64,000 nucleotides of DNA from NCBI GenBank assembly GCA_043228905.1, contig JBHGNT010000155.1, forward strand, positions 337 through 64,336, given 5' to 3'. The position numbers and the translations under genes are program-made. This document shows positions 1 through 12,180 of this stretch, piece by piece; the stretch's first letter is position 1; each line of letters begins with the position of its first letter. The notes under the pieces are model-generated. The model did no database searches. It was given only the letters and a program-made list of their open reading frames with translations, and was not told where the DNA came from. This DNA comes from Azolla caroliniana. Its lineage: Eukaryota > Plantae > Polypodiophyta.

Positions 1-371
1 TGCCATTCGAACCATTGCTTCCATGCGACTTAGCTCACATGCATTGCGATGTGAAACAGGGCGTTGGGGTACAAGTGATGAGAGTGGTCGGCTATGCACA
101 CTTTGCCCTAAACAAGTTCGTGAGTCTGAGTATCACACTTTGATACAATGCTCTGCCTTTGATCATATTCGACCATGCTTTCCACATCTCTTCGATCGAG
201 CCCAATCTTTGAATGAATTCCTCTCACAACCACAATGTGCACTCTCGATTGAAACATTCATTGGTAAAGTTCTTGAACATCAAGAGTCACTACTCACTTT
301 CACACGTATCACGTGAAATGTAATATTTTTGGTCTCATAGGTCACATTTGACCTCCGAAGACAATAATATA

Positions 372-403
<32 letters not shown>

Positions 404-406
404 CTC
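1..406 (+). mobile_element. 3' end of a non-LTR retrotransposon (LINE, RTE/RTEX- or L2-like ORF2 C-terminus)
   Basis: ORF 23-316 has the C-terminal motif RLSSHxLxxExGR..RLCxxC..ExEYH...C. It is followed by a 3' hairpin (332-362) and a (CTAT)n tail (~374-402). Confidence 0.8.
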
Positions 407-1398
407 TACAAGGATATGGTGCACTCACACCATACCCCCTTACCATCTTGTGGAATCACCATTCTCTGTGCTCGTAGTCATGGTCTTGAATTCATGAATG
501 GGACTCGAGGATGGCTCGTTAGAGAAAATTGTACGTGCAAATATCCCCCTATTCATCCTATTGAGGATCATGAGCATCTAGCACTATGGCTTGAAGTACA
601 CATGGCCATTCGAACAACATTCCTCACAATCGATTACCACACACACATAACTCTATCTACCATGTATAATGTCTTCGAGTTGGATATATCAAGCCCAACT
701 TCTTATCCACGTATGTGTGCATTGTACTCTTTACTTATGCATAAGATTCTTATCATGAAAATACATAGAGCACTTGTGGTTAAGCTCATTGACAAGCAAA
801 GAAGCATGGCATCAAAGAAGTTAGATGCCACTAATATAGGGAGTGACCTTTTGCTCCCCTTTGGGCAACCTTACCAACTAGGCTACATCTATGTTGTAAT
901 CCACTAATCAAATTCCATAATAGAAAAATCATACGTAAGGTATTAAACTCGCATTAAATCACCGTCCCAACTGCATGCCTACCTACAATTTGGAATGAAA
1001 TCATATCATAACTCAATACGCCTTCACAAAACTAAAATTAACAATAGAAAGGCGATGTGCATGACACCACTCCAAACTTGAGATGATACATGCCAAGCTA
1101 AAAATTGTAGAGGTTGCATGCCAAGCTAAAAATTGTAGAGGAATGTTGGATAACGAGAATATCTTGATTCACCTCCCGTGGCAACATTGTTCTTCAAGAC
1201 ATCTGCATCTAAAATGGAGTCTCGTTTCAATCATTATATTGGGTTATGTGAGGTACACAGTTGTCTTCACTAAGTCATCTTAGCGCATCTCAAAGGGGAA
1301 GCTCCCCCATTAACCAAGAACTAAAAAGACATCACATAGGCATACCAAGAAGTAACAATGCTTGTGTTGAGTGAAGTTTATTTACTTGTGTTCCAGTT

Positions 1399-1688
1399 TG
1401 TTAGGAAATATGCGGAATAATGCTCAGCCACAACTTAGTCTTCAATTACTTTGTTGAAAATTACAAACACAGAAATGGGAGTGTGGAGATAGATGCACGT
1501 ATACACAAGAAACCACTGAAAGAGAGTACACAATATGTTTACGTGGAAAACCCTAAATGGGAAAAACCATGGGAGTCCACAAACCCCAACTATCACTATA
1601 TCGAGAGGAATACAACAGGTGAACACAGAGGCAACAACCTCTTGCTCATAATCTTTGCCTAGCGGCAGTTACAACAGAGACTCACTCT

Positions 1689-1728
<40 letters not shown>

Positions 1729-1986
1729 ACGCTCTGTACAACAGTTACACTCATTAACTCTATACAAAATAATGACAACACATTGATGCACACAATTACT
1801 GTTTGCCCTAGGTCATATTTATACTAATATGACTTTCGGGCTATTTACAAATATAGCCCATGTGGGCTCTCTGGAACATATTTACATATATGTCCCTTCA
1901 TCCGGGGAGAGGTTCTCATTGGGCCTTCATCATCCAGTTCTCACTGGGCCTTCATCATCCCATCCGAAGGGACTGAAATCCTAACA
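1399..1986 (-). repeat. 3' LTR of copia A
   Basis: Direct repeat of 11611-12180, TG..CA ends, adjacent to the PPT. Confidence 0.92.
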
Positions 1987-1996
1987 AACTCCCCCT

Positions 1997-4900
1997 TCAC
2001 TCCGGCATGGGATGCCTCATCAATCTAATCTGCTTCCGACATGCGTCCAGCTTGTCGGGTGTCAACACTTTGGACAACATATCTGACTCATTCTCCTCCG
2101 TGTGGATCTTCGTCAGCACGAACTCTTGATCTTCAACTCGCTCTCGGATCCAGTGGTACCTACGCTGGATGTGCTTCATCCTGGATTGATACACCGCGTT
2201 CTTCTCAAGGTGGATGGCACTTTGACTGTCGCAATAGAGCCGATATTCCTCTTGCCGGATCCCTAGCTCTACGATGAAGTCCTTCATCCATAGTATTTCC
2301 TTGCCGGATTCCACAGCTGCCATGCACTCCGCTTCCGTGGTTGACAGCGCAACCGTCTTCTGCAGCCTCGACTGCCACGAAACAGCTCCCCCCATGTATG
2401 TCATGACATATCCGGATGTGGACCGGTTGGTATCCACATTAGCTGACATATCTGAATCGGTGAAACCGTCGAGTTGGGATTTACCAGAGCCAAATCGGAG
2501 ACACATACTTGAGGTGCCTTTCAAGTATCGGAGTATCCATTTTACTACGTTCCAGTGCTCCTTGTCGGGATTGCTCATAAACCGGCTTACCACTCTAAAT
2601 GCGTATCCGATATCTGGTCGGGTACACACCATTGTGTACATTAAGCTTCCGATGGCAGAGGCATATGGTATCTTCATCATATCCACCTTCTCTGCCTTCG
2701 TCTTCGAGCTTTGCTTACCGGATAACCTACAGTTTGCCGGGAATGTCGATTCAACCGGTTTCGCATCTAACATGTTGAACCGTTGAAGCACCTTTGTCAC
2801 GTACTTCTCCTGTGAAAACCACAATTGCTTCGTTGACCAGTCCCGGATGATATGCATCCCCAGTATCTGTCTTGCCGGACCCAAGTCTTTCATTGAGAAG
2901 GTCCGGTTCAGGGCCTTCTTCAGCATCTGTATCTTGACTTGGTCTCGTCCGACGATCAACATGTCGTCCACGTACAGTAGGAGTATCAGGAAGTCTCCAC
3001 CTTCAAACTTCTTCACAAATCACAGTGATCGGCCTGCGTCTTGTGGTACCCTTGATCGGTCATGAAGGAGTCAAACTTCCGGTACCATTGCCGGGGAGCC
3101 TGTTTCAAACCGTAGAGGCTCTTCTTCAACCGGCAAACCAAGTGCTCCTTCCCTTTCTTCACAAATCCCTCCGGTTGCTGCATGTAGATCTCCTCTTCGA
3201 GGTCGCCATGGAGGAACGCCGTCTTCACGTCTAACTGCTCTACCTCGAGGTCCATGCTCGCCGTTATGCTCAACACCGTCCGGATGGAAGTCATCTTTAC
3301 TACCGGGGCAAATATCTCGTCGAAGTCCACTCCCTTCTTCTGTTGGAACCCCTTCACCACAATCCTGGCTTTGTACCTTGGGGGGTTGTCGGCATCTCCC
3401 GGTTTCAACTTGTACACCCACTTATTTCGGAGTGCCCGTTTTCCATTCGGCAACTCCACCAATTCATACGTGTGGTTCTCATGTAGGGAATCCATCTCGT
3501 CCTGCATGGCACTCAACCACTTACGGTTATGGGTGTCCTCCTTTGCTTCTTCGAAGCTTTCCAGCTCCCCCTCATCGGTCAACAACACGCGCTCTGCATC
3601 CGAAAATCTCTGGGGGAGCCTTCTCTCTTTGAGAGGATATCTGCGTCTTTGGTTTCCGGTAACTGGCTCCTCTATTTGTTCTTCATCCGAAACCGATTCG
3701 GGATCTTGGCCAGTTCCGGTTCCTGCTTCCTCTTCTTCTTCTGCCGGTTCGGTGTCCTCTCCGTAACCGGCCGGTTCTTCGAGTGTCAACCGGCTCTTAG
3801 CCAAATAGGTCCGTATCTCATCAAATCGGTCCTTTTCGATCAACTCGGAGTTCATTATCTTCTTCTCCGACTCCCAGTCTGCAAGAGTCTTGTCCTCCAT
3901 GAAGATAATATCTCGACTCCGGAAAACCTTCTTGTCGACCGGATCCCACACTCGGTAGCCGAACTCATCATCGCCGTATCCGAGGAAAATATGCAAGGCC
4001 GGGACTTTGGGTCCAACTTTGCTCTCCGGTCCTTTGCCACATGCACGTAAGTGAGACACCCGAAAACCTTCATATGCCGGTAAGACACTTCCTTACCAGT
4101 CCACACTCTCTGCAGCGTGTCTCCGTCCAAGGCCACTAAGGGTGATTTGTTTATCACGTACGTTGTTGTCGCCAACGCCTCAGCCCAAAACATCTTGGGT
4201 AACTTTGCATGTGCTAGCATACTCCAGACCCTCTCCATTATGGCCCGGTTCATCCTCTCGACCAGCCCATTGAGTTCCAACGTCTTCAGCATGGTAAATT
4301 CGAGCCGGATTCCCTTCAAGCGGCAGTACTCCTCGAACTGCCCCCGGTATTCTCCTCCGTTATCTGCTCGAACCGCCTTCAGCTTCCGACCGGTTTCTCT
4401 TTCCACTCTTGCATGGAGCTCCTTGAAGACGAATAACACTTGATCCTTCGTCTTCAGCAGTGTGGCCCACAGCTTCTAGTTGTGGTCCTCTATGAACATC
4501 ACAAAGTATTGCGCTCCGGCATGTGACTTTGTGTTTACTTGACACACATCGGTATGCACCAGCTCCAGTGGCGCATTATGTCTCATCGGTGGCCTTGATC
4601 GGAAGGAGGTCCGGTTTTGCTTACCGGCTAGGCAGTCGGTGCACTTCTCAAGATGCACGTCCTTCACCGAAATGAGGTTGTCATCGACAAGCCTCCTCAT
4701 CCCCTTCTCGCTCATGTGACACGGTCTCTTGTGCCACAGCTTACCGGTAGTGTCGAATGCCACGTTCACGTCTTCTGGGCATAACCGGGCATTCATCAGA
4801 TACAACGTGTTGACTTTCCGGGTCTGAGCCACTATCAGGCTCCCCTTGCTGAACTTCATGACACTGTTCCGGATGCTACCCGTGTAGCCTTTATCATCTA

Positions 4901-5535
4901 GCCGACCGACTGATATAAGGTTCAGTCGAACCTCCAGAACGTGTCGGACATCCTTCAGCAACAGCTTGCATCCAGTTGGTGTTGTCAACCGGGTGTCAAC
5001 CACACGTCTCTTATGCCGACAATTCAGCATGTACCTTCATTCCCCATCCAGACACAGCCTTGCTCACCGGCTATGTAGGATGAGAAGCATTTCCGGTCCG
5101 GGGTAAGGTGGAACGACGCTCCGGAATCAACAACCCCCGTTGTCTCGTCGCCGGCAAGGTTCAACTCACTCTCCTCGGTGATGAGCATCAACTCCTCTTC
5201 ACTTGCCGCGATTGCCATCGTTCCCTTCCGATCCGGTCCCCTTCAGTCTTTATCGTTCCGGTCCGGTGACCGCTTCGAATCGGTACTGTCGGTTTCCTTC
5301 TCTTTCCAGAAATGCCGACAGTTTTTTTGGAAGTGCCTCGTCTTCCCACAATAGAAGCAAGTGGGTCTTCCCCTTGACTTTGACCGTGTCCCCGACTTTT
5401 CCCGGTTCTAGGGATTACGGTTCCTTTGTCTTCCGCGTTCCGATTCGGTAAGGAGAGCTTTGGATTCAGAGCTCATATCCTTGTCTTTACGACGTGCCTC
5501 CTCATCTAGCAAGCTCGACTTGACTCTTGCTAGGG
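1997..5535 (-). pseudogene. pol: copia A gag C-terminus and pol (PR, INT, RT, RNase H), frameshifted
   Basis: VVDSGASFH protease, ADNGGEY integrase, QLDVKTAFLHG and YVDD RT, and ESDMLSK RNase H motifs are spread over several ORFs. Confidence 0.92.
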
Positions 5536-5624
5536 ATAATTGTTGGAGACAAAGTCGTCTATGCGGAAGATCAAGAAGCATTCGATTCTGTTCTGTACCT
5601 GCGTATGACAGTCTCTCGTTCTTT

Positions 5625-5665
<41 letters not shown>

Positions 5666-6045
5666 CACAAAAGACTTTCTATTCAATAGAAACAATAATA
5701 CAACACCCAACCTTACAAAAAGGTTACAAGGTCACTATATATAGTGACCGACTTAGGGCAACTACCCTTTATGCTAATTACACAAATGGCCCAAACTTGA
5801 GCTATACAAAGGGATAGTGTGAATACTTCCATTATACACTTGTATTCGACACTCCCCCGTAATGGGCGTATACATGGGTTATCTAAGATTACAGGTATAA
5901 ACCTAGGTTCTCGGACATATCAGTTTTTGTTCGAGTCGGCAGGGTCCGAAGGCAGAAGACCGAACTGGTCGGGTCGGAAGAGTTGAAGCCGATCATTAAG
6001 GAACTGATGTCGGTTGTCGGAGACCATCCTGTGTTGTGTCCGGCT

Positions 6046-9000
6046 CTAACCGGACTGGTTTGTCGTTACGCCCATCTGATGCCGAAGGGACCGAAAGCGG
6101 TCTGCCGAAAGACACTTGGTCATTCCATCTGCGACATTGTCGGTTGTGGATATTTTCTCTAGACCGACTTTCCCTGAAATGACGCAGTCCCGAACGAAGT
6201 GATATCGAATGTCGATATGTTTGGAGGCGTTGTGGTGAACCGGATTTTTCGACAAGGCAACAACACCTTGACTGTCGTTGTAGACAACTGGAGCCGAGTC
6301 ATGGTCGACTTGTCGAAACGTGTGCGCCAGCCGACCGAGCCACAAAGCTTCTTTTGCTGCGTCGGACGCAGCTACATATTCTGCTTCGGTCGTTGAGGTC
6401 GCTGTGCACTCCTGAAGTTTCGACTTCCACGAGATTGCTCCATTGCCGAATTTGAAGCAGTATCCGGTTGTTGATTTCCGACTGTCTATACAGCCGGCGA
6501 AATCCGAGTCGGTGTAACCGACTACGCCTGAGGTTCGGTTCGGACCGAAAAGAATGTCGTGGTCTTTTGTGCCAGCCAGATATCTGAACACATGCTTGAC
6601 TGCGTTCCAATGCGATCGGCCAGGATTGTGCATAAATCTGCTAACGACTCCTACGGCATGAGAGATATCAGGCCGTGTCGCGACCATCAGGTACATAAGG
6701 GAGCCGACTGCCGGTGCATACGGTACCGACTTCATATCTTCCCCCTCCGGACCGGATGTCGGGCAGTCTCGCTGAGAGAGCCGAAGATTCATGGGGAGCG
6801 GGGTTGAAGCAGATTTGGCTGATTGCATGTTGAAGCGTTCCAAGACACGTCCGATATAGTCGGTCTGAGACAAAAAAAGATGTCGTTTATCGCGATGCCG
6901 ACTAATCTTCATGCCAAGGATGTGTCGTGCCGGACCGAGGTCCTTCATGGCAAACTTCAACCGCAGTTGCCGAATGAGATCGGCAAGTTCGCCCGCGTGG
7001 CGTCCAGAAATTAGCATGTCGTCCACGTAGATGATGAGGAAGATGGGTGATCCATCTTGAGCTGTGTTGGTAAAAAGACAATGGTCCTCATCGCTTTTTG
7101 AGAAGCCGATCGATTGGATGAAGTCGTCGAACTTCTTGTACCATTGTCGCGGTGCCTGTTTGAGGCCGTATAGACTCTTCCTGAGTCGGCAGACTAGATG
7201 TTCTTGGCCAGTTGCCACGAAGCCTTTTGGCTGCTCCATATAAATTTCCTCGTCAAGATCACCATGGAGGAAGGCTGTTTTGACATCTAGCTGAATCAGC
7301 TCCAAGTTGTCGGCTGCCACTACGCCGAGTAGAAAACGAAGGGTTGTCATTTTCACCACTGGTGAAAAAATCTCGTCGAAGTCGACGCCATATTCTTGTC
7401 GGAAGCCCTTCGCAACTAATCTGGCCTTGTACTTTGGGGTGGTCGAATCAGACGTCTCTTTTAGTCGATAAACCCACTTGCAAGGAAGAGCACGTCGGTT
7501 CCTAGGTAATTCGACCAGATCCCAAGTCTTGTTTGCCCGAATGGAGTGCATTTCCGACTCCATCGCCAGATGCCAGGTGGCTGAATCGACAGATGTCGAT
7601 GCTTCTTCGTAAGACGTCGGTTCGCCGGCGTCGGTGAAGAAAATTCCAGGAGAATACCTCTCCGGAGGTTGCGACAGTCTCTCGGATCGTCGAGGTATGA
7701 TTGGACTGGTCGCATCGGGTATCGAGGTCGGATGGTCCGAAAGCGAGTCATTCGGCTGTGCCGAGTCGGAATTGTCCGAGTCGGTAGTGTAAGGTTCAGC
7801 TACCCGTGAAGCTGACCGTGTGTTAAGAGCGGGGCCTTCTTGAAGGGTCGGCACATCGGAAAATGTTACCCTTCGGACTTCGATCGGTTTTTCGACTGAT
7901 GGATTCATAGCCGATTCGTTGAACACAACGTCCGAACTTCGAACGATTTGTCTGCGTTCGGGGTCCCAGAGTCGGTATCCCATTTCGCCGTCTGATCCAT
8001 ATCCAAGGAAAATGCATTTCCTGGACCGAGGTGCAAGTTTTCGGCGATCATCTTTCGGAATAAGGGCGTACGCCTCGCATCCGAAGATCCTCAGCTTGTC
8101 GTAATTCGGCTTACTGCCGATCCATAGTTCCTGAGGAATTTGAAGTCCTAGAGGTCTACTTGGCGACATATTGATTATGTGTACTGCCGTGAGTAGAGCC
8201 TCTGCCCAGAAGCCATCCGACAGTCCGGAGTGTTGGAGCATGGAAACTATCCGTTCTTGGATTGTCCGATTCATGCGTTCGGCAATCCCGTTTTGCTCCG
8301 GACTGTGTGGTGCCGTAAATTCACGTCGGATGCCGCGTTGTCGGCAGAATTTGACGAATTCTTCGGATTTGAACTCTCCCCCATTGTCGGTCCGAAAGCA
8401 TTTCAGTTTTCGGCCGGTTTGATTTTCTACCATAGCGAGCCAATCGGAGAAGATCGAGAAGACACGATCTTTGGTGCGAATTGGATAAGCCCACACCTTT
8501 CGAGTCGAATCGTCAATAAAACTGACGAAGTAAGAGGCACCGCCAAGAGACTGATGCGGCATTGGGCCACAGACGTCCGAGTGGACTAAGTCGAGAGGTC
8601 TCGTTTCTCTTGGTGCTGATGTCGGGTGTGATGCGGCTGCTTGTTTGCCATACTGGCAATGCTCGCAGAATTGATGGTCCGAGAAGGAGAGTTTGGGGAT
8701 GTACCCGGCTCTAGATAGGTGCGTGATGCCGGCCTTGCTGAGGTGTCCTAATCTTCTGTGCCATAGTGATGACACAGGAATATCCACCAAAAACAGGTTA
8801 CCCTCTCTGAGCGTAACATGTAACGGATACAGTGAGTGTATCTTGGGTCCTCTAGCAAGCAGGAGGTTCCCCCTGTGGAGTGTCCACCCTCCCGAAGAAA
8901 AACCGGCACGAATGCCGTCTTCATCTAGTTGTCCGACTGAGATCAATGGCCTTGAGAGCTCGGGTACATGTCGGACATTGTGAAGTACAAGTGTAGAGCC

Positions 9001-9201
9001 ACCTGCAAGGTTGAGCTCTATTGTGCCGATTCCGATGATGTCACAGTGTTGCGAGTTACCGACTCGAACTGAGTCGGAGTGACGGATCGTATATTGCCGA
9101 AATTGGGATCGATGAGGAGTCACGTGAAATGACGCGCCCGAATCTAAGAGCCATGTGCTCGATTCTTCAGTCGTGAGCAGAACTTCTGATCCGACTGGAT
9201 T
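6046..9201 (-). CDS. pol: copia B pol (PR-INT-RT-RNase H), open throughout
   Basis: WLLDSGASFHVT protease, GAG-pre-integrase LWHRRLGH, RTDNGGEF, YVDD, ADGMTK. In frame with gag after a single TAA. Confidence 0.93.
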   Translation of the reverse strand, partial: NPVGSEVLLTTEESSTWLLDSGASFHVTPHRSQFRQYTIRHSDSVRVGNSQHCDIIGIGTIELNLAGGSTLVLHNVRHVPELSRPLISVGQLDEDGIRAGFSSGGWTLHRGNLLLARGPKIHSLYPLHVTLREGNLFLVDIPVSSLWHRRLGHLSKAGITHLSRAGYIPKLSFSDHQFCEHCQYGKQAAASHPTSAPRETRPLDLVHSDVCGPMPHQSLGGASYFVSFIDDSTRKVWAYPIRTKDRVFSIFSDWLAMVENQTGRKLKCFRTDNGGEFKSEEFVKFCRQRGIRREFTAPHSPEQNGIAERMNRTIQERIVSMLQHSGLSDGFWAEALLTAVHIINMSPSRPLGLQIPQELWIGSKPNYDKLRIFGCEAYALIPKDDRRKLAPRSRKCIFLGYGSDGEMGYRLWDPERRQIVRSSDVVFNESAMNPSVEKPIEVRRVTFSDVPTLQEGPALNTRSASRVAEPYTTDSDNSDSAQPNDSLSDHPTSIPDATSPIIPRRSERLSQPPERYSPGIFFTDAGEPTSYEEASTSVDSATWHLAMESEMHSIRANKTWDLVELPRNRRALPCKWVYRLKETSDSTTPKYKARLVAKGFRQEYGVDFDEIFSPVVKMTTLRFLLGVVAADNLELIQLDVKTAFLHGDLDEEIYMEQPKGFVATGQEHLVCRLRKSLYGLKQAPRQWYKKFDDFIQSIGFSKSDEDHCLFTNTAQDGSPIFLIIYVDDMLISGRHAGELADLIRQLRLKFAMKDLGPARHILGMKISRHRDKRHLFLSQTDYIGRVLERFNMQSAKSASTPLPMNLRLSQRDCPTSGPEGEDMKSVPYAPAVGSLMYLMVATRPDISHAVGVVSRFMHNPGRSHWNAVKHVFRYLAGTKDHDILFGPNRTSGVVGYTDSDFAGCIDSRKSTTGYCFKFGNGAISWKSKLQECTATSTTEAEYVAASDAAKEALWLGRLAHTFRQVDHDSAPVVYNDSQGVVALSKNPVHHNASKHIDIRYHFVRDCVISGKVGLEKISTTDNVADGMTKCLSADRFRSLRHQMGVTTNQSG

Positions 9202-10080
9202 TTAGATTGATAGTATATTCGGGTCGTTTGGTAGTACATCAGCTGAGAAGCTGACGTAATTGATCTCCTCATGCCGGCCACTCTTCTTGTCTGATCTCTG
9301 AGACTTGTCGTTCTTGTTCTTGAGTGCGCGGCAGTCGGCTTTGATGTGTCCGGGTTTCTTGCAATAGTTGCAGATTCGGTTATCCCGTGACTGGCTCCGT
9401 CTTCGCTGATTGTTCGGCGGCCGTGAGGAATCTCTTCCTCGTATGTTCGATCGGTCTGTCGAACCTTGTACTACGTAAGCGTCGTCTGTTGAGTCTTTGG
9501 CGAAAGACTTTCTCCGAGCTGCTTCGGTCAGGATTGCGCTCGTGACTTCGGAGTATTTAACAACCGTGGTTGACGCGTTGCACACGGTTGTGACGAAAGT
9601 TTCCCATGATGAGGGAAGGCTGCTCATGAGTATCATTGCTCTGAGTTCATCCTCGATTGCCGTCCCCTGAGATGAGATTTGGGAGCTTATGCTTTCGTAC
9701 TCATTGAGATGTGCTTGAACCGAATCGGATTCTTTCATCCGCAAGTTGTAGAGGCGCCGGATCAGAAACATCTTCGTTGCAGCGACCTTCTTTTCGTAGG
9801 TGTCCGACAGTGTTTTCCACAGTTCGAATGCTGTCGTACACGATTGCACCGTAAAGTATACCGATTCCGATAGGTGCATCCGAATCGTGGCGCGGACGAT
9901 TCTGTCCAGCTTCTGCCACTCAATTGGTTTGTATCCTTCTGGAGGTTCTTCATTTTCGATGGGATCGATTTGCCCCTTGACTATGAGATAGTCCTGCATT
10001 TGCTCCTTCCAGAAGTTGAAGTTCGATCCATCGAACTTTCGTAGACTCATTTCTGACGAGCCGGATGTTGATGCCATCAA
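9202..10080 (-). CDS. gag: copia B gag
   Basis: KFDGSNFNFWK N-terminus, SLPSSW motif and CNYCKKPGHIKADC zinc knuckle. Confidence 0.93.
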   Translation of the reverse strand: MMASTSGSSEMSLRKFDGSNFNFWKEQMQDYLIVKGQIDPIENEEPPEGYKPIEWQKLDRIVRATIRMHLSESVYFTVQSCTTAFELWKTLSDTYEKKVAATKMFLIRRLYNLRMKESDSVQAHLNEYESISSQISSQGTAIEDELRAMILMSSLPSSWETFVTTVCNASTTVVKYSEVTSAILTEAARRKSFAKDSTDDAYVVQGSTDRSNIRGRDSSRPPNNQRRRSQSRDNRICNYCKKPGHIKADCRALKNKNDKSQRSDKKSGRHEEINYVSFSADVLPNDPNILSI

Positions 10081-10849
10081 ATTCGGTTTCGGTTGACGAA
10101 GCTCGGTTCGGAGTTGACTACGAACCTTGTTGGAGTGCAGCCGGTTGGCTCACCCGATATCGTTCTAGTCGGATTTGAACCCGAGTCGGTTCGGCTTCGG
10201 ATATATGTATTGTTGAACTTGCTCGAATTGACTCCGGTAACTTGAGGGACAGAACCGACTGGTCTTCCCGAATGTTGCCGAGTCGGAGTGAGCCCGGTTC
10301 GCTTCCGATTATATATGCCAAATGCCGATTGTCTGGACCGATTCTGCTTCGGTTGACTGCAGCGACGAGAGAGACGGATCCAACTGATCCTCTCGAATGT
10401 CGATCAGCCGGATGAAGCACGAATTGGGGTTGTTGTCTTGAGACCGATCTGCACCGAGTGGTTACAATGAGCGGCGAGCAGCGTTTGATGACCTCTTCGG
10501 ATGCCGTTTAACCGAGTGGAGCACGATCGTGTCAATGTTGCACAAGGGGATTTCACCTCGAGTGGTTACGATCACAAGGAACGGAGTACAACCGGCTGGC
10601 TTACTCCAGGCGAAGATGATCTAACGCGATGAGGTGCAATCCTCGTTTTTCTTCTTCTTCTCTCTTCTTCGAATGACGCAGGAAACCGAATACTGTGCAG
10701 GCTGAGACGACGGCCGACAGCGGATTGAAGGACCGAATACTGTGCAGGCTCTGATACCAGATGTTGGAGACAAAGTCGTCTATGCGGAAGATCAAGAAGC
10801 ATTCGATTCTGTTCTGTACCTGCGTATGACAGTCTCTCGTTCTTTGCAC

Positions 10850-10885
<36 letters not shown>

Positions 10886-11077
10886 GCACAAAAGACTTTC
10901 TATTCAATAGAAACAATAATACAACACCCAACCTTACAAAAAGGTTACAAGGTCACTATATATAGTGACCGACTTAGGGCAACTACCCTTTATGCTAATT
11001 ACACAAATGGCCCAAACTTGAGCTATACAAAGGGATAGTGTGAATACGTCCATTATACACTTGTATTCGACAATAAT

Positions 11078-11579
11078 TGTTTTCCTTCCGGCCCGACGTT
11101 GCCCAAAGTGACAACTAACGTCTCCCAGCTATCTGGGAGGGAACCGAGCAGGAGTAATGCTAGTACCTCATCGGCAAGAGGTACTTCCAATGATGTTGCC
11201 TGGTGAATCAGCCCCTAGAAGGCATTCATGTACTCCGCCATGCGGAGCCTTCTTGGTACCGGAGCCGCACTAGCTTCCGGAATACCGAAACCCGATTAAC
11301 AGCATTTTTGTTCTGAAACATAATGTCAATCTTCTCCCAGAGCTCATGAGCCTTACTCTCCTCATTAAAATTGTTGTACAGGCTCATGTCGATGAAGCAC
11401 CGGATGTATGCTATTGTCTTCTTGTGCATCACCTCCCACACTGTGGCGTTGATCTTGTCCAATCTCTTGTCCCCGAACTGGACCGGCAACCAAAGATCTT
11501 TAACCATGAGCATGTCCCTCATCTTCGACTTCCACACTGAGTAGTTGGAGCCGGTGAGTTTGAACAACGAATCTTCCAT
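11078..11579 (-). pseudogene. gag: copia A gag N-terminal part
   Basis: MEDSLFKLTGSNYSVWKSKMRDML..., nearly identical to gag of element C (24576 onward). Frameshifted near 11245. Confidence 0.9.
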
Positions 11580-11610
11580 TTTTCTATGTCATTTCGCTCT
11601 AATACCAGTT

Positions 11611-11899
11611 TGTTAGGAAATATGCAGAATAATGCTCAGCCACAACCGAGTCTTCAATTACTTCATTGAGAATTACAAACACGGAAATGGGAGTGTGGAG
11701 ATAGATGCACGTATACACAAGAAACCACTGAAAGAGAGTACACAATATGTTTACGTGGAAAACCCTAAATGGGAAAAACCACGGGAGTCCACAAACTCCA
11801 ACTATCACTATATCGAGAGGAATACAACAGGTGAACACAAAGGCAACAACCTCTTGCTCACAATCTTTGCCTGGCGGCAATTACAACAGAGACTCGCTC

Positions 11900-11949
<50 letters not shown>

Positions 11950-12180
11950 ATGCTCTATACAGTAGTTACACTCAATAACTCTATACAAAATAATGACAAC
12001 ACATTGATGCATACAGTTACTATTTGCCCTAGGTCATATTTATACTTTCGGGCTATTTACAAATATAGCCCCTATGGGTTCTCTAGAACATATTTACATA
12101 TATGTCCCTTCATCCGAGGAGAGGTTCTCACCTTGCCTTCATCATCCCATCCGGAGGGAGTCGGGACTGAAATCCTAACA
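11611..12180 (-). repeat. 5' LTR of copia A
   Basis: Followed on the minus strand by AAC and the PBS-Met. Confidence 0.92.

Larger units (their letters stand above)
5541..11072 (-). mobile_element. Ty1/copia element B, young and full-length, nested in gag of A
   Basis: 311-bp LTRs 5541-5851 and 10762-11072 with about 2 differences by eye. TSD ATAAT (5536-5540 / 11073-11077). PBS TGGTATCAGAGC at 10748-10759, PPT at 5852-5860. Confidence 0.97.
1399..12180 (-). mobile_element. Ty1/copia element A (Tnt1/Tork-like), degenerate, interrupted in gag by element B
   Basis: LTRs 1399-1986 and 11611-12180 (TG..CA). PBS-Met TGGTATTAGAGC at 11596-11607, PPT at ~1987-1998. gag-PR-INT-RT-RH order with frameshifts. 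No TSD visible. Confidence 0.93.

Noticed and set aside
416-1283. ORFs 416-907 and 1083-1283 as genes
   Set aside because: No recognisable motifs. Probably decayed repeat sequence, including a 28-bp tandem duplication at ~1089-1142.
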